Below, one piece after another: positions 63,407 to 64,000 of a stretch of 64,000 nucleotides of DNA. The DNA lies in the NCBI GenBank assembly GCA_010093605.1, contig MU004194.1, forward strand, positions 472,323 to 536,322, written 5' to 3'. The stretch comes from Lophium mytilinum (lineage: Eukaryota). The notes below the pieces were generated by a model. That model ran no database searches. It was not told the DNA's origin and worked only from the letters and a program-made list of their open reading frames with translations. The translations under genes and the position numbers were made by a program. Positions within the stretch are counted from its first letter, which is position 1; every line of letters starts with the position of its first letter.

Positions 63407-64000
63407 ATGAGGTTAACGGTGGACGTGATCCAAGGGTCCCTTTCCTACATCAACCCCCTCCTAGAGCGCGAGCTGGACCTACGAGGTGCGTACGCCCTGA
63501 AAAGAGCAGATGCTACACTATGATGAGCTTCATTGATATCAAACCTCTATTCGCGAGGCTACAGGTCACAAGATCCCCACTATTGAGAACTTGGGCGCCG
63601 CAAAAGTGAGTACCGACCCCACCACCTAGTTCACTCCCGGCGGGCATACACGAAGCTCGCTGCTGAAGCGGAAGCAGTTTGAGAACCACGAGCTGACCGG
63701 CGGGCTCGCTCCCCCTCGCGTAGGATCAAGATGCGATCGATTTCACCGACAACGACCTCTCTACTCTAGGAAACTTCCCCCTCAGTCCACGGATACGCAC
63801 GCTGCTGCTGGCCCGGAACCGCATCACGACTATACAACCTGCCTTGTCGAAGAGCATCCCGGGTCTGTACTCGCTCGTGTTGACGGAGAATAACATTTCA
63901 GAACTCTCGGATCTGAATGCTTTGGGCGGGTTCAAGAAGCTCACACATCTGGTGTTGATGGAGAATCCAGTGACGAGGGACACGGTACGTGGAATCTGTG
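63407..64000 (+). CDS. LEA1: U2 snRNP A' leucine-rich-repeat protein (partial, runs off window)
   Basis: Spliced MRLTVDVIQGSLSYINPLLERELDLRGHKIPTIENLG...DAIDFTDNDLSTLGNFPLSPRIRTLLLARNRI. Confidence 0.92.

Noticed and set aside
17676..64000. Secondary-metabolite or iron-uptake gene cluster around sreA
   Set aside because: Neighbours are unrelated housekeeping genes; no NRPS, PKS or siderophore transporter in the window.
1..64000. tRNA/rRNA genes
   Set aside because: No cloverleaf or rRNA-like sequence recognised by eye; tRNAscan-SE/Infernal would be needed to exclude them formally.

Overview
Filamentous ascomycete (probably Dothideomycete, by inference) genomic DNA with spliceosomal introns, split into two compartments. 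(1) 1 to ~17,020 is an AT-rich block riddled with TpA dinucleotides and stop codons, typical of repeat-induced point mutation (RIP). It holds a three-layer nest. A full-length Tad1-type LINE (484-6641, 16-bp TSD) sits inside the 5' LTR of a Ty3/Gypsy chromovirus (313-13665, 473-bp LTRs, RIP-altered 5-bp TSD). The chromovirus in turn sits in an older RIPed sequence of unknown type. Mentally reversing RIP reveals an antisense, intron-containing Zn(II)2Cys6-like/coiled-coil gene between pol and the 3' LTR, and a Tf1-type self-priming PBS. (2) ~17,020-64,000 is GC-balanced and gene-dense. In order it encodes a 1003-aa vWA (MIDAS) protein resembling baculovirus P94-type proteins, a 74-aa Cys/His microprotein, a cytochrome b5-like steroid/heme-binding protein, an agmatinase-like ureohydrolase with signal peptide, a CUE-domain protein, ARG1, TAO3/PAG1 (4-nt first coding exon plus uORFs), TVP15, the SreA GATA iron regulator (CBC:HapX-type motif upstream), eIF2B-alpha, a HeLo-like N-terminal-domain protein lacking an NTPase, an AA9 LPMO with an 8-Cys module, ALG2, VPS15 and the 5' part of U2A'/LEA1. 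All calls come from reading the sequence and recalling family motifs; no database searches were run.
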